DNA of 35,496 bases from Candidatus Kaiserbacteria bacterium (GTDB lineage Bacteria > Patescibacteriota > Minisyncoccia > Phycocordibacterales > UBA12088), in NCBI GenBank assembly GCA_007116405.1, contig SKIN01000044.1:1-35496 (forward strand), in the 5' to 3' direction. The notes under the pieces are model-generated. The model made no database searches. It was not told the origin of the DNA and worked only from the letters and a program-made list of their open reading frames with translations. Position numbers and translations under genes: made by a program. Below are positions 15,697 through 25,522 of the stretch, in pieces (within the stretch, counting starts at the first letter, position 1; every line of letters begins with the position of its first letter).

Positions 15697-18396
15697 CTAC
15701 GCCCCTGTAATCTGATACGGTCGTATAGCGCTTGGACGTGCCTTGCCCCGCCCTTTCTTTACATCAAAGATAATCTCGTCCTTCTTCATTGCCACCGTTA
15801 TCGAGCCGCCTTCTTTGACACCGTTACTGACCATCATGGAGGCAACAGGAGTGAGTATCTTGTTTTGGATAAGACGCTTCATCGGGCGAGCACCGTAGTG
15901 CGGGTCATAGCCTTCCTTTGCAAGGTAATCCACAACCTCATCAGTTACCGTAAGTTGTATCTCGCGCTCAGACAGACGCTTGGCAACAATATCTATCTGC
16001 ATTCGGGCGATGTCATGCACCACATCCGGCGTAAGGATGTTGAAGAGTAGTATCTCATCAAGACGGTTGAGGAATTCTGGTCGGAAGAAATCCTTAAGGG
16101 AATCCATCACCTTACTCTTCGCATGTTCATAGTCGGCGCTCTCTCCGGTGTCGGCACTAAAGCCCATCCTACTCATGCGGTCGATGTGCTCCGCTCCAAT
16201 GTTTGAGGTCAAGATGATGACCGCATTCTTGAAATTGACCACCCTGCCCTTGGCGTCGGTCAAGTGCCCGTTGTCTAAGACTTGCAGGAGGATGTTGAAT
16301 ACCTCCGGATGCGCTTTCTCCACTTCGTCAAAGAGAAGGACAGAGTATGGACGATGACGTACGGTCTCGGTAAGGTTGCCACCCTCTTCGTAACCAACAT
16401 ACCCTGCCGGTGCACCGATGATCTTTGAAACACTGTGACGCTCCATGTACTCACTCATATCCACCCGTATCAGCGCCTTTTCATCGTCAAACATGAACTC
16501 TGCGAGGGCTTTGGAAAGCTCGGTTTTACCCACACCTGTCGGACCCAAGAAGAGGAATGAACCGATGGGACGATTGGGGTCGGATATACCGGTGCGGGAA
16601 CGGCGCACGGCGTCCGCTATCTTCTGAACCGCATCATCTTGGCCTCGCACGCGCCGCTTCAGCTCATCTTCCATGCGTGATAGCTTCGACGCTTCTTCCT
16701 CGAGCATGCGCGCTACAGGCACTCCGGTCCATCGACTTACTACGTCGGCAATGTCCGCCTCGGTTATCTCCTCTTTGAGGATGCGACGTGTACGTTGCAG
16801 CTTCTTCATGCGCTTCACGTTCGTATCGAGTTCCTTCTCGAGGCCGGGGATAGTACCGTAGCGTATCTCGGCCGCCTTGCTTAGGTCTGCGGCCGCCTCC
16901 GCATTGTCGGCTTCCACGCGCTGTTGTTCGAGGTCCTTCTTGATGCGCTTTATCTCCTTCAGGGTGTCCTTTTCGTTGGTCCACTTCACTTCAAGTTCGC
17001 GGGTCTTCTCACGGAGCGAGCTTATCTCGCTTTCTATTGCACCAAGACGTGTTCTGGCTTTTTTACTGGTCGCATTCGAACTTGATTCTTCAGCGTCCTT
17101 TTTCAGTGCCTCTTTCTCTATTTCCAGGCGCATTATCTTGCGATGCGTCTCTTCAAGGACTGGCGGCTTATTCTCAAGGGCGATACGCAGTGCTGATGCC
17201 GCCTCGTCGATGAGGTCGATGGCCTTGTCCGGCAAGAACCGTTCGGTGACGTAACGCGCGGAAAGATGCGCCGCGGCAACGATAGCGTCGTCGGTAATGC
17301 GCACGCCGTGGTACACCTCGTACCGTTCACGAAGGCCACGCAATATTGCGATAGCGTCCTCCAATGAGGGTTCATTTACTCGCACGGGTTGGAAGCGACG
17401 TGTAAGTGCCTGGTCTTTTTCAAAGTGCTTCTGATACTCTTTTGTTGTCGTAGCACCTATTACCCGCAGTTCTCCGCGAGCCAAAGCCGGCTTGAGGAGG
17501 TTTGCTGCATCAATGGCTCCCTCGGCACCTCCGGCACCGATAAGGGTGTGTATTTCGTCTATGAATAAGATGACGTGACCGTTTGAACGCTCAATTTCCC
17601 GCATGACATTCTTCAGGCGATCCTCGAATTCCCCGCGGTACTTTGTGCCCGCCACCAAAAGGCCGAGGTCGAGCGACACGAGCTCCTTACCACGCATGCT
17701 CTCCGGAACCTCACCCGCAGCCATGCGAACAGCAAGACCCTCGGCGATAGCGGTCTTACCCACACCCGCCTCACCAATGAGGATGGGGTTATTTTTCGTG
17801 CGACGTGAGAGTATCTGGATGACGCGCGTGATCTCCGCATCTCTGCCGATGACCGGGTCGAGTTTGTTTTCTCCCGCAAGCTGCGTAAGGGAGCGCGTGT
17901 ACTTTGCGAGTGCCCGGGACTTCTTCGGCTGGTCTCCGCCCTCTTCCTCGGCACTGCGTGTCTCCTGCAATGCGCGTGTCACCGCTTCGCGCTCGAATGA
18001 GTAGCGCGCGAGGACTTCACCCGCTGGCCCGGGGGTGTCGAGTATGGCGAGAAACAAGTGTTCGGTGCCCACGAACTGGTCGTTCATTGACGCGGCCACT
18101 TTGCCGGCATTCTCAAGGACCTGCGCCAACTCGGGCGTCAGGTAGAGCTGGTAGCTCGGTGAGAGTACAGTGGCGTTCTCCGGTGATTCAAGTGCATCAA
18201 GTATCGAATCGGTCAGCGCTATGATGTCGACATTGAGACGCTCGAGGAGCGAAAACACGATACCCTCCTCTTGGAGGACGACCGCGGCGAGGAGGTGAAG
18301 CGGATTTACGTGGTTCTGGCCACGCTCAACCGCCAGTTCGTGTGAACGCCGAACTGCTTCTTTTGCTTTTGGGGTGAAATTTTGAAACGGTACCAT
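15697..18396 (-). CDS. clpB: ATP-dependent chaperone ClpB
   Basis: 899 aa. Clp N domain, two AAA+ modules ([20 protein letters not shown]) and a long coiled-coil middle domain. Confidence 0.95.
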   Translation of the reverse strand: MVPFQNFTPKAKEAVRRSHELAVERGQNHVNPLHLLAAVVLQEEGIVFSLLERLNVDIIALTDSILDALESPENATVLSPSYQLYLTPELAQVLENAGKVAASMNDQFVGTEHLFLAILDTPGPAGEVLARYSFEREAVTRALQETRSAEEEGGDQPKKSRALAKYTRSLTQLAGENKLDPVIGRDAEITRVIQILSRRTKNNPILIGEAGVGKTAIAEGLAVRMAAGEVPESMRGKELVSLDLGLLVAGTKYRGEFEDRLKNVMREIERSNGHVILFIDEIHTLIGAGGAEGAIDAANLLKPALARGELRVIGATTTKEYQKHFEKDQALTRRFQPVRVNEPSLEDAIAILRGLRERYEVYHGVRITDDAIVAAAHLSARYVTERFLPDKAIDLIDEAASALRIALENKPPVLEETHRKIMRLEIEKEALKKDAEESSSNATSKKARTRLGAIESEISSLREKTRELEVKWTNEKDTLKEIKRIKKDLEQQRVEADNAEAAADLSKAAEIRYGTIPGLEKELDTNVKRMKKLQRTRRILKEEITEADIADVVSRWTGVPVARMLEEEASKLSRMEDELKRRVRGQDDAVQKIADAVRRSRTGISDPNRPIGSFLFLGPTGVGKTELSKALAEFMFDDEKALIRVDMSEYMERHSVSKIIGAPAGYVGYEEGGNLTETVRHRPYSVLLFDEVEKAHPEVFNILLQVLDNGHLTDAKGRVVNFKNAVIILTSNIGAEHIDRMSRMGFSADTGESADYEHAKSKVMDSLKDFFRPEFLNRLDEILLFNILTPDVVHDIARMQIDIVAKRLSEREIQLTVTDEVVDYLAKEGYDPHYGARPMKRLIQNKILTPVASMMVSNGVKEGGSITVAMKKDEIIFDVKKGRGKARPSAIRPYQITGA

Positions 18397-18420
18397 AGTG
18401 AATGTTTTTTTATTAAAACA

Positions 18421-19614
18421 CTAACCAGCGTGCACGTCAAGCTTATGTATCGTTTCCAGAATAGCGGCGATAGCATGGTCAATGTCTTCCTTTGTAGTAT
18501 ACCGCGATAAAGAAAAACGAACAGCAGTATGTGCACGTTCGCGATCGCCATAGAGTGCAAAGATGACACTACTGCCTCCTTGCTTGTCTTTCAGGCAGGC
18601 ACTGCGCGTGCTCACACTCATGCCGCGAGCATCGAGTTCAAGGACCATCTGCTCCGCGTCATGTGGAGGAAATGACAAATTCGCGTTCCCGGGGATACGC
18701 ATCGATGTCGGTGGGCCATTCTCCAGACACTGCGGCACGGCACGCTTCACCTCAGATACCAAGTAGTCCCGCAGGCGCCCTATGTCTGCGGTATATGAGT
18801 CCCGCTCTGCCTCCAGATATGCCACCCCTGCCCCAAAACCAACGATAAGCGGTATGGGTGGGGTACCGGGGCGCAACCCCTGCTCTTGGGAACCACCGTG
18901 CAGTAGTGCTTCCAGGGGCGTATCGCGACGGTGGTAGAGGGCGCCGATACCTTTTGGGGCATACATCTTATGACCATCGAGGGTCATGAGGTCCACGCCG
19001 AGGTCATCGACGTTACAAGAAAGCCATGGTAGCGCCTGACTTGCGTCTGCGTGGAAGTACGGAAAAGAGCTTCCGAATCGCTTGCGCGCACTGCGGACAC
19101 AGGAACGCACCTTATGCATATCGGCAATGGTGCCCACTTCATTATTCACGTACATCAGTGACACCAGCACGGTATCCGACGTGACAGCGTGCTCGAGATC
19201 CTCAAAGTGCACCCTACCCGTCTCATCCACGTCGAGAAAGGTCACCCGCACTCCCTCTTCCGCGAGTACCTCAAAGCACGCACGAACCGAGCTGTGTTCT
19301 ATGGCGCTCGTTATTATATGCATCGAGTCGAGTGGTCGCCCTTTTTGAACGGAGCGGATGAGACCAAAGATAGCTGCGTTGTTCGCCTCAGTACCGCCTG
19401 ACACGAACGTTACCTCATCGTCACGACACCCAAGAGCAGCTGCGACGCTACCACGCGCCTGCTCCAGTGCACGGGCGGCAGCGACGCCGTCCTCATGAAT
19501 CGAGTCGGGATTCGCCATAATGGAGGTCCAGTATGGCTCCATTTGCGCCACAACACGCTCGTCCACAGGAGTGGAAGCGGCATTGTCTAGATATACGCGC
19601 TTTTTTGCTGTCAT
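18421..19614 (-). CDS. Cysteine desulfurase (NifS/IscS-like class V aminotransferase)
   Basis: 397 aa from MTAKKRVYLDNAAST. PLP-lysine context DGHKMYAPKG and active-site SACL near the C terminus. Confidence 0.85.
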   Translation of the reverse strand: MTAKKRVYLDNAASTPVDERVVAQMEPYWTSIMANPDSIHEDGVAAARALEQARGSVAAALGCRDDEVTFVSGGTEANNAAIFGLIRSVQKGRPLDSMHIITSAIEHSSVRACFEVLAEEGVRVTFLDVDETGRVHFEDLEHAVTSDTVLVSLMYVNNEVGTIADMHKVRSCVRSARKRFGSSFPYFHADASQALPWLSCNVDDLGVDLMTLDGHKMYAPKGIGALYHRRDTPLEALLHGGSQEQGLRPGTPPIPLIVGFGAGVAYLEAERDSYTADIGRLRDYLVSEVKRAVPQCLENGPPTSMRIPGNANLSFPPHDAEQMVLELDARGMSVSTRSACLKDKQGGSSVIFALYGDRERAHTAVRFSLSRYTTKEDIDHAIAAILETIHKLDVHAG

Positions 19615-19737
19615 GTCTTGCACATGATACCTAATCGTGGTCTGGTTTACAAATTGTGCGATACGTTCTATACTCTGGCACATCGCCTGAGTACATACTC
19701 CGATCCATGTCCATCATCCATCGCGCGAATCATCTGT

Positions 19738-21243
19738 ATGAAAGAGAACGTAGAACAACCAGCCGTGCGGCCTCCTGTGGTCACTGTCATGGGTCATATC
19801 GACCATGGTAAGTCTACGCTGCTCGACTATATCCGAAAAACAAAGGTAGCCGAAGGTGAAGCGGGGGGTATCACGCAGCACATCTCTGCGTACGAAGTGG
19901 AACACACGACAGAGGATGGAGCCCTACGTAAGGTCACCTTCCTCGATACACCCGGACATGAGGCGTTTCAGCATCTCCGAAGCCGCGGCAGCAGTGCTGC
20001 TGACATCGCCATCCTTGTGGTCGCTGCAGACGACGGTGTTAAACCACAGACTCTCGAGGCTCTGAAAGCCATTGAGGAGGCCGGGATACCCTTTCTGGTC
20101 GCCATCACAAAGATAGACAAGAACAATGCCGACGTGGAGAGGGCAAAGAACTCCCTGCTTGAGCACGGAATATACCTCGAGGGCCTCGGAGGTTCTGTTC
20201 CCTACGTTCCCATTTCAAGCAAAACGGGCGAAGGTGTGCCGACACTCCTCGACCTTCTCCTTCTTCTCGCAGACATGGAGGAACTGGGTTGTGATACCGC
20301 GGCACCTGCTTCCGGAGCTGTCATTGAGTCAAAGTGTGACCCAAAGAGAGGCATCAGCGCGACCCTTATCATCAAGGAGGGGACGATGAAGAGTGGTCAG
20401 TATGTTGTTGCGGGGCCTGCGTACGCTCCGCTCCGCCTTATGGAGGACTTTACCGGTTCTGCCATACGCACGGCGACATGCTCAAGCCCCATCATGGTGA
20501 CTGGCTTCTCAGACACACCCCCGGTCGGCGCCACATTCACCACTGTTGCGGACAAACGCACGGCGCAAGCACTTGCACGGGAGCAGCAAGGGGATGCCGG
20601 CAAGAGTGCCGGGGCCCTCTACGAGGAGGATGGTAGGTTTATTCTGCCGGTCGTTATTAAATCTGACGTTGTAGGCTCTATAGATGCTATTAAGCACGAA
20701 TTGCGTAAACATGAGGATGACCGCACGTGTATCCGCGTCATTCATGAAGGTGTCGGTGCGGTGACCGAGGGAGACATCAAGCATGCAAGCGGCAAGCACG
20801 CGATCATTATAGGGTTCAATGTTGGAGTAGACGCCGCGGCTCGAGAGATGGCGGAACGACAAACGATAGAGGTGGCCACTTTTTCGATCATTTACGAACT
20901 TGCCGATTGGATACCCGAGGCGGTGCAAGCGCGCCGACCCAAGGTCCGCGGCCGAAAGGTCTTGGGAGTTGCCGCGGTCCTAAAGGTGTTCAGTTTCGCA
21001 AAGAAGTCACAGACAATTGGCTTTCGCGTCCAAGAAGGTACCATCACAGTTGGTGACCGCGTCGTCATAACTCGGGATGAAGAAGAACTGGGCCAAGGCA
21101 CTATAGATTCCATGCGCTCGGGAAAGAGTGAGACATCATCCGTGAATGCTCCGAATGAGTGTGGCGTGGTGCTCTCGATGACACTAGACACGAAACCCCG
21201 CTACGGAGACACGTTGACGGCTTTTGTAATGACTGAGGAGTAA
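19738..21243 (+). CDS. infB: Translation initiation factor IF-2, minimal form (501 aa; G domain starts near residue 12)
   Basis: Start at MKENVEQPAVRPPVVTVMGHIDHGKSTLLD, then DTPGHEAF and TKID. Followed by rbfA, as in the usual infB-rbfA order. Confidence 0.9.
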   Translation: MKENVEQPAVRPPVVTVMGHIDHGKSTLLDYIRKTKVAEGEAGGITQHISAYEVEHTTEDGALRKVTFLDTPGHEAFQHLRSRGSSAADIAILVVAADDGVKPQTLEALKAIEEAGIPFLVAITKIDKNNADVERAKNSLLEHGIYLEGLGGSVPYVPISSKTGEGVPTLLDLLLLLADMEELGCDTAAPASGAVIESKCDPKRGISATLIIKEGTMKSGQYVVAGPAYAPLRLMEDFTGSAIRTATCSSPIMVTGFSDTPPVGATFTTVADKRTAQALAREQQGDAGKSAGALYEEDGRFILPVVIKSDVVGSIDAIKHELRKHEDDRTCIRVIHEGVGAVTEGDIKHASGKHAIIIGFNVGVDAAAREMAERQTIEVATFSIIYELADWIPEAVQARRPKVRGRKVLGVAAVLKVFSFAKKSQTIGFRVQEGTITVGDRVVITRDEEELGQGTIDSMRSGKSETSSVNAPNECGVVLSMTLDTKPRYGDTLTAFVMTEE

Positions 21244-21247
21244 TACC

Positions 21248-21568
21248 ATGAATACGCATCACCAACAGATCACCCTTGCCCTGCAGGAAGCGGCCGCAGA
21301 GCTTGTAAGTACGCTTTCAAACCGTAAGAGCCTCATTACGGTGACCCGTGCCGAACTCACTCCATCAAATGACCGCGTAACGTTCTACGTGAGCGTGTTC
21401 CCCGAGTCTGCAGAGGGTCCAGCATTAGGATTCCTCCTGCGACAGAGGGGTGCGTGTAGAGAATACATCCAAGATCGGGTTCCTATGAGACGGATTCCAC
21501 ACGTCGAGTTCGCTATCGACCAAGGGGAAAAAAGCAGAGCAAGGGTGGATGAATTGCTCAGTGAGTGA
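21248..21568 (+). CDS. rbfA: Ribosome-binding factor A
   Basis: 106 aa immediately after infB. Has an RbfA-like pattern (ITVTRAELTPSNDRVTFYVS ... RRIPHVEFAID). Confidence 0.8.
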   Translation: MNTHHQQITLALQEAAAELVSTLSNRKSLITVTRAELTPSNDRVTFYVSVFPESAEGPALGFLLRQRGACREYIQDRVPMRRIPHVEFAIDQGEKSRARVDELLSE

Positions 21569-21584
21569 TACACTTGCGTGCATG

Positions 21585-21656
21585 GGCCTGGTGGCGAAGT
21601 GGTAACGCTTCGGTCTGCAAAACCGACATGCGCGGGTTCGATTCCCGCCCAGGCCT
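21585..21656 (+). tRNA. tRNA-Cys (anticodon GCA)
   Basis: Acceptor GGCCTGG/CCAGGCC, anticodon loop CTGCAAA, T arm GCGGG-TTCGATT-CCCGC, discriminator U. Confidence 0.9.
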
Positions 21657-21719
21657 CCCGATATCCGGTGCACGCCGTGCCATACGTGTGTTCGAGCGAG
21701 TGCCAGGGTGTTCGGTACT

Positions 21720-21804
21720 GCCCGGGTGGTGAAATTGGTATACACGCGAGACTTAAAATTTCGTGCCGCAAGGCATGCGGGTTCGACCCCCGCCCCGGGC
21801 ACCA
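21720..21804 (+). tRNA. tRNA-Leu (anticodon UAA), CCA encoded
   Basis: Acceptor GCCCGGG/CCCGGGC, anticodon loop CTTAAAA, long variable arm, 3' end ACCA. Confidence 0.9.
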
Positions 21805-21866
21805 TATATCCCACTGGGCACAAAGCGGGTTTACATTCGTGTGGATTCGTTCTAGACTGTCGCAAT

Positions 21867-21939
21867 CCGCCCATAGCTCAGTTGGTAGAGCAGTCGGCTC
21901 TTAACCGAACGGTCGGGGGTTCGAATCCCTCTGGGCGGA
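21867..21939 (+). tRNA. tRNA-Lys (anticodon CUU)
   Basis: D arm GCTCAGTTGGTAGAGC, anticodon loop CTCTTAA, T loop TTCGAAT, acceptor CCGCCCA/TGGGCGG (C1-G72). Confidence 0.85.
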
Positions 21940-21967
21940 CTAGATTGGTAATACGTATATACAATAC

Positions 21968-22049
21968 GGGCGAGTGGCGGAATTGGTATACGCGCTAGCC
22001 TTAGGAGCTAGTGCCGCAAGGCTTGAGGGTTCAAGTCCCTCCTCGCCCA
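21968..22049 (+). tRNA. tRNA-Leu (anticodon UAG)
   Basis: Acceptor GGGCGAG/CTCGCCC, anticodon loop CTTAGGA, long variable arm, T arm GAGGG-TTCAAGT-CCCTC. Confidence 0.9.
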
Positions 22050-22105
22050 CACTGTCAAAAGGTGACACCTATCACCTGGTACCCATCAGTGATCCCCACC
22101 AACGA

Positions 22106-22483
22106 TCATTGGAGAGGAAGGTCTGCCGGTAGGTCAGAACCGGTGATGCCGAACGTGAGAAGTACCATTTGTATTATCGCAAAGACTGAGACCATCACCA
22201 CCATACCAATGGTACCCCAAACCATATGTTGTTTTCCAGCAGCGCGCCCTGATTCGTCTCCTGCGTTTAGAATAAAGGTGAGTAGACCATAGAGGAAGTA
22301 CACAAGGGCTAGTGCAAATATCACCCCGATAATGGGATTGATAATGTTATCCGACACTTTCGTCATGAATTCGACGGTTGCCGGAGGAACGGTGTTGTCC
22401 ATAGGAAAATCGGGGAAAGAGCCGTCTAATGCATGGGCCACCTTCGCACTAGAGCTCTGTACACCCTGAAATAGGCTGATCAT
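22106..22483 (-). CDS. Small TrbC/VirB2-like (pilin-like) membrane protein, paralog 1
   Basis: 125 aa with two TM helices flanking FILNAGDESGRAAGKQHMVWG, a motif shared with the four upstream paralogs. Confidence 0.6.
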   Translation of the reverse strand: MISLFQGVQSSSAKVAHALDGSFPDFPMDNTVPPATVEFMTKVSDNIINPIIGVIFALALVYFLYGLLTFILNAGDESGRAAGKQHMVWGTIGMVVMVSVFAIIQMVLLTFGITGSDLPADLPLQ

Positions 22484-22538
22484 GATATGTCACAAGTATA
22501 CACGGTGACGCGAACGTACCGCAAACTATCTTATACAC

Positions 22539-22563
22539 AAAAACACGGCTGTGCCGTGTTTTT
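22539..22563. terminator. Bidirectional terminator between pilin-like paralogs 2 and 1
   Basis: AAAAACACGGC-TGT-GCCGTGTTTTT. Confidence 0.65.
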
Positions 22564-22586
22564 GTGGCAGAGTAACAAAACTCTTA

Positions 22587-22946
22587 CTAGGCACCAGGAA
22601 TTGCAGGTAGATCTGCGCTGCCACCTGTGTCGACACCGGTGAGCTGCGCGAGAAGATTTACAAGTCCCCATACTGCTACGATAACGAAGAGTGCGATAAC
22701 ACCCCATATCATCTTTCGCTTACCTTCCTCCTTTGCAGCCTCATCTCCGGAAGCAGCAATGTACTGCACGAGACCCCAGATGAAGAACAAGAGACCCAAG
22801 GCAATGACAAGTGGTATCAAGAGGTTGACGACATCCTGAATCCCCTCGACAAGCGTCTCGAAGAAACTGAGGTCTGGTGATGCTGCCAACACCATTACCG
22901 GCAGAAACATCATCCCAAATGGAATCGCTCTAGCTACTGTATTCAT
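22587..22946 (-). CDS. Small TrbC/VirB2-like membrane protein, paralog 2
   Basis: 119 aa, signal-like N terminus, motif YIAASGDEAAKEEGKRKMIWG between two TM helices. Confidence 0.6.
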   Translation of the reverse strand: MNTVARAIPFGMMFLPVMVLAASPDLSFFETLVEGIQDVVNLLIPLVIALGLLFFIWGLVQYIAASGDEAAKEEGKRKMIWGVIALFVIVAVWGLVNLLAQLTGVDTGGSADLPAIPGA

Positions 22947-23109
22947 ATGAATTATGATAATTTTTAACGTCTTCTAATAAATAACTATTGGTTCAGAGGG
23001 CTTATTCTCTGCTTAGGTACGAATTACGTACTTCACCTTACTAAGCATACCACATTTAATTGCCGCTATACACGCTGTCTGTGGATAATCGTGCACCTCA
23101 ACAAGATCG

Positions 23110-23490
23110 CTAACATGGCTCCATAGTGCCACCTCCGGACAGATCTATCTGAGGTGGTGGGCACCGATTGCCCCCAGGCTGGGACGCATCGACTCCAAAC
23201 AATTGTGTCAATAATGTTACCACACCCCAGACGGTCACAACTAGAAAAAGGCCCACAATACCCCATACCATCCGCTGCTTCCCCTCGGCTACACCTTTTT
23301 CATCTCCTGCATTCGCGATAAAGCGCACGAGACCCCATATGAATACAACAAGGGCTATACCGACCCCAACGGCAACAAACTGCCCCAATGCGATGGTAAT
23401 GAAGTGCAGTATGGTAAACGCTGTCACTTGCGCATGTGCAACACTTGATGTCAGAAAGGCGATAAGTAACAATGCAGGTACTATTTTCAT
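23110..23490 (-). CDS. Small TrbC/VirB2-like membrane protein, paralog 3
   Basis: 126 aa, signal peptide MKIVPALLLIAFLTSSVAHA, motif FIANAGDEKGVAEGKQRMVWG. Confidence 0.6.
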   Translation of the reverse strand: MKIVPALLLIAFLTSSVAHAQVTAFTILHFITIALGQFVAVGVGIALVVFIWGLVRFIANAGDEKGVAEGKQRMVWGIVGLFLVVTVWGVVTLLTQLFGVDASQPGGNRCPPPQIDLSGGGTMEPC

Positions 23491-23496
23491 ATGGTG

Positions 23497-23832
23497 TTAT
23501 GCTGAGCCGAAAAAAGTTGCGTAAATGATCCTTACAACACCCCATATGCCAACCATCATGAATAGAGAAAGGACGCCCCACACCATGACCTGCTTTCCTT
23601 CAGACCTTGCTCTTTCGTCTCCCGACCCCGCTATGAAGCGAATGGCTCCGTATATGAACGCGAGTACCGCCAATACCATCAGAAGCGTTACCACGAGACT
23701 CAAGAGGGCCATCGCTATTTCAGCGACAGTCTTGAGGTCCGCTGGTCCGGCATAGGCCGCCACAGGGACAGAGAGCGCCACAAAGATAGCTACCAACCCT
23801 TTCTTGTGAGATGTGATGTGGAGAGCGGACAT
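23497..23832 (-). CDS. Small TrbC/VirB2-like membrane protein, paralog 4
   Basis: 111 aa from MSALHITS; this start avoids overlap with paralog 5. Motif FIAGSGDERARSEGKQVMVWG. Confidence 0.6.
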   Translation of the reverse strand: MSALHITSHKKGLVAIFVALSVPVAAYAGPADLKTVAEIAMALLSLVVTLLMVLAVLAFIYGAIRFIAGSGDERARSEGKQVMVWGVLSLFMMVGIWGVVRIIYATFFGSA

Positions 23833-23836
23833 GATA

Positions 23837-24169
23837 TCAGAAAGACTGTATCGTGCCCTTGATAGCAAGGGCAAGTGCCTTCGAACCCAGGACCACGAGC
23901 GCGCCTATTACTGTCCATATCAACGCCCTACGGGCCTCCTGCAACTTTGTGGGGTTCCCTTGAGCCGCAACAAATAAGAAGCCGGTGTACACTATCATGA
24001 GCACAATGATAGGGTACATGATGTATACGACCACATTAAGTATTGCAAGTAAAAATTCTTCCAACGTGTCAGATTGAAGGGGGTTTTCAAACTGTCCATG
24101 CACGAAAACGGTCGACGGCACTAACGCGATTGATAGAACACTTAGGAGGAATCTCTTCAATGTAGCCAT
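23837..24169 (-). CDS. Small TrbC/VirB2-like membrane protein, paralog 5 (most divergent)
   Basis: 110 aa, signal-like N terminus, motif FVAAQGNPTKLQEARRALIWT in the same topology. Confidence 0.5.
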   Translation of the reverse strand: MATLKRFLLSVLSIALVPSTVFVHGQFENPLQSDTLEEFLLAILNVVVYIMYPIIVLMIVYTGFLFVAAQGNPTKLQEARRALIWTVIGALVVLGSKALALAIKGTIQSF

Positions 24170-24187
24170 ACTATGGGTTGTTCCACA

Positions 24188-25522
24188 TTATCTATTATAT
24201 CTATTTAGCAAAGTGCTAATATCACGTCCTGCTTCTGTTGTAGCGGATTCGACAGTACTCTGTTTAGAGACGACATCATTGACCATCCGCCCAAACACAT
24301 CGTTTACTGACCTTTGGTCAGGTTGGAGCCAGCTTCTTGCTATAAGCGCTGACTGTGCAACGATGGTCGCATTGGGGTCTGCAGGATCGGCCCGCAACCT
24401 GTCTCTGCGGGTGGTGGATAGTTTTGTTGTGTTCTGGAATACGTCGGCAGTACGAGACGAACTTAGCTCCAGCGCCACTCCAAAGGCATCGCTCCTAAAA
24501 CGTGATTGGCGTAGTACGGCGATGCCGTAGAACTTCCCGTACGTGAGACGATTTCTCCCTACTGCCGTTGCCTGTGGTAGCATGGCAATATCAAAATTAA
24601 GGTTGGGGTTAGTTGCTATGACTGCGTCAATTTCGCCCGCAAAGCCAATGTACATAGCAGTTCTGTTTGCGGCGAATGCTTCTCGCGAGCCATTAAACGT
24701 CTTATTCCATGAATATACTGTCTTTATCGGGTCTGCAAAATCTGTATAAAAACGAAGTGCGAGCTCCGGACGACCCGCAGTCTCTGCCCTGTATGTTGGG
24801 AGAAGATCGGTTCCCCACGCTTGCGGTCCTCCCGTTGGCTTTACGAGTGAAAGTCCGAGTTGCATGAACAAAGCACTTATTATCTCCTTGGCATGTCGTA
24901 CGTTATCAAATTCTCCGAGAGCCGCCCCACTCTGAACCAGTTCACCACCGCCTCGAATAATGGAGAGCCGGGGTACGATATCTGTGAATGTCGTCCAGTC
25001 CTCCGGAACGGTGACGATGCCAGCATTGTTGAAAAGGTTCCGATTCCAGTACAACACCATTGGGTCAACCAGGAATGGGAGTGCGTAGATACCATCATCC
25101 AACGCGAATATCTCGGCACCTTCTACGTAGGCTTCGCGATATTGTCGTGCGCTAAAACTCGTGTACGGAAGGGGTTGTATCTTGTCACGCAAGGCAAGCA
25201 ACATGCTCGGATCGATCACCACAGCGTCGGGTCCACGACCAACCGCCAACGCCTCAAGGAGTTCTGAGTACAGAGTTGCTGGATTCTTCTCTACATACGT
25301 TGTCCGCTTCAAGCGCTCGTTGTCATTGCGTAGAATCCGCAAGACTTGCGCTACACCGCCCCCGGGTAGAGGTGGCCCCCATATCTCTGTAGGACCCGTC
25401 ACTACGACAGTGCCTTCGGGGGGAGGTGGTTCGTACGTGGCAAGTACGAACACGGCTACAACAGTGACACCTCCGAACACTGCGAGTAATATGTACTGAA
25501 ATGCCTTTACTTTTTCACCCAT
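24188..25522 (-). CDS. Membrane-anchored extracellular solute-binding protein (ABC family-1 SBP-like); no permease or ATPase nearby
   Basis: 444 aa with an N-terminal TM helix. SBP-like blocks (PDAVVIDPSML, GIYALPFLVDPMVLYWNRNLFNNAGI..PEDW, NRTAMYIGFAGE). Confidence 0.7.
   Translation of the reverse strand: MGEKVKAFQYILLAVFGGVTVVAVFVLATYEPPPPEGTVVVTGPTEIWGPPLPGGGVAQVLRILRNDNERLKRTTYVEKNPATLYSELLEALAVGRGPDAVVIDPSMLLALRDKIQPLPYTSFSARQYREAYVEGAEIFALDDGIYALPFLVDPMVLYWNRNLFNNAGIVTVPEDWTTFTDIVPRLSIIRGGGELVQSGAALGEFDNVRHAKEIISALFMQLGLSLVKPTGGPQAWGTDLLPTYRAETAGRPELALRFYTDFADPIKTVYSWNKTFNGSREAFAANRTAMYIGFAGEIDAVIATNPNLNFDIAMLPQATAVGRNRLTYGKFYGIAVLRQSRFRSDAFGVALELSSSRTADVFQNTTKLSTTRRDRLRADPADPNATIVAQSALIARSWLQPDQRSVNDVFGRMVNDVVSKQSTVESATTEAGRDISTLLNRYNR

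Noticed and set aside
21940-21967. TAGATTGG in the tRNA-Lys/tRNA-Leu spacer as a fourth copy of the islet palindrome.
   Set aside because: Only 7 nt match, and the palindromic half-site is missing.
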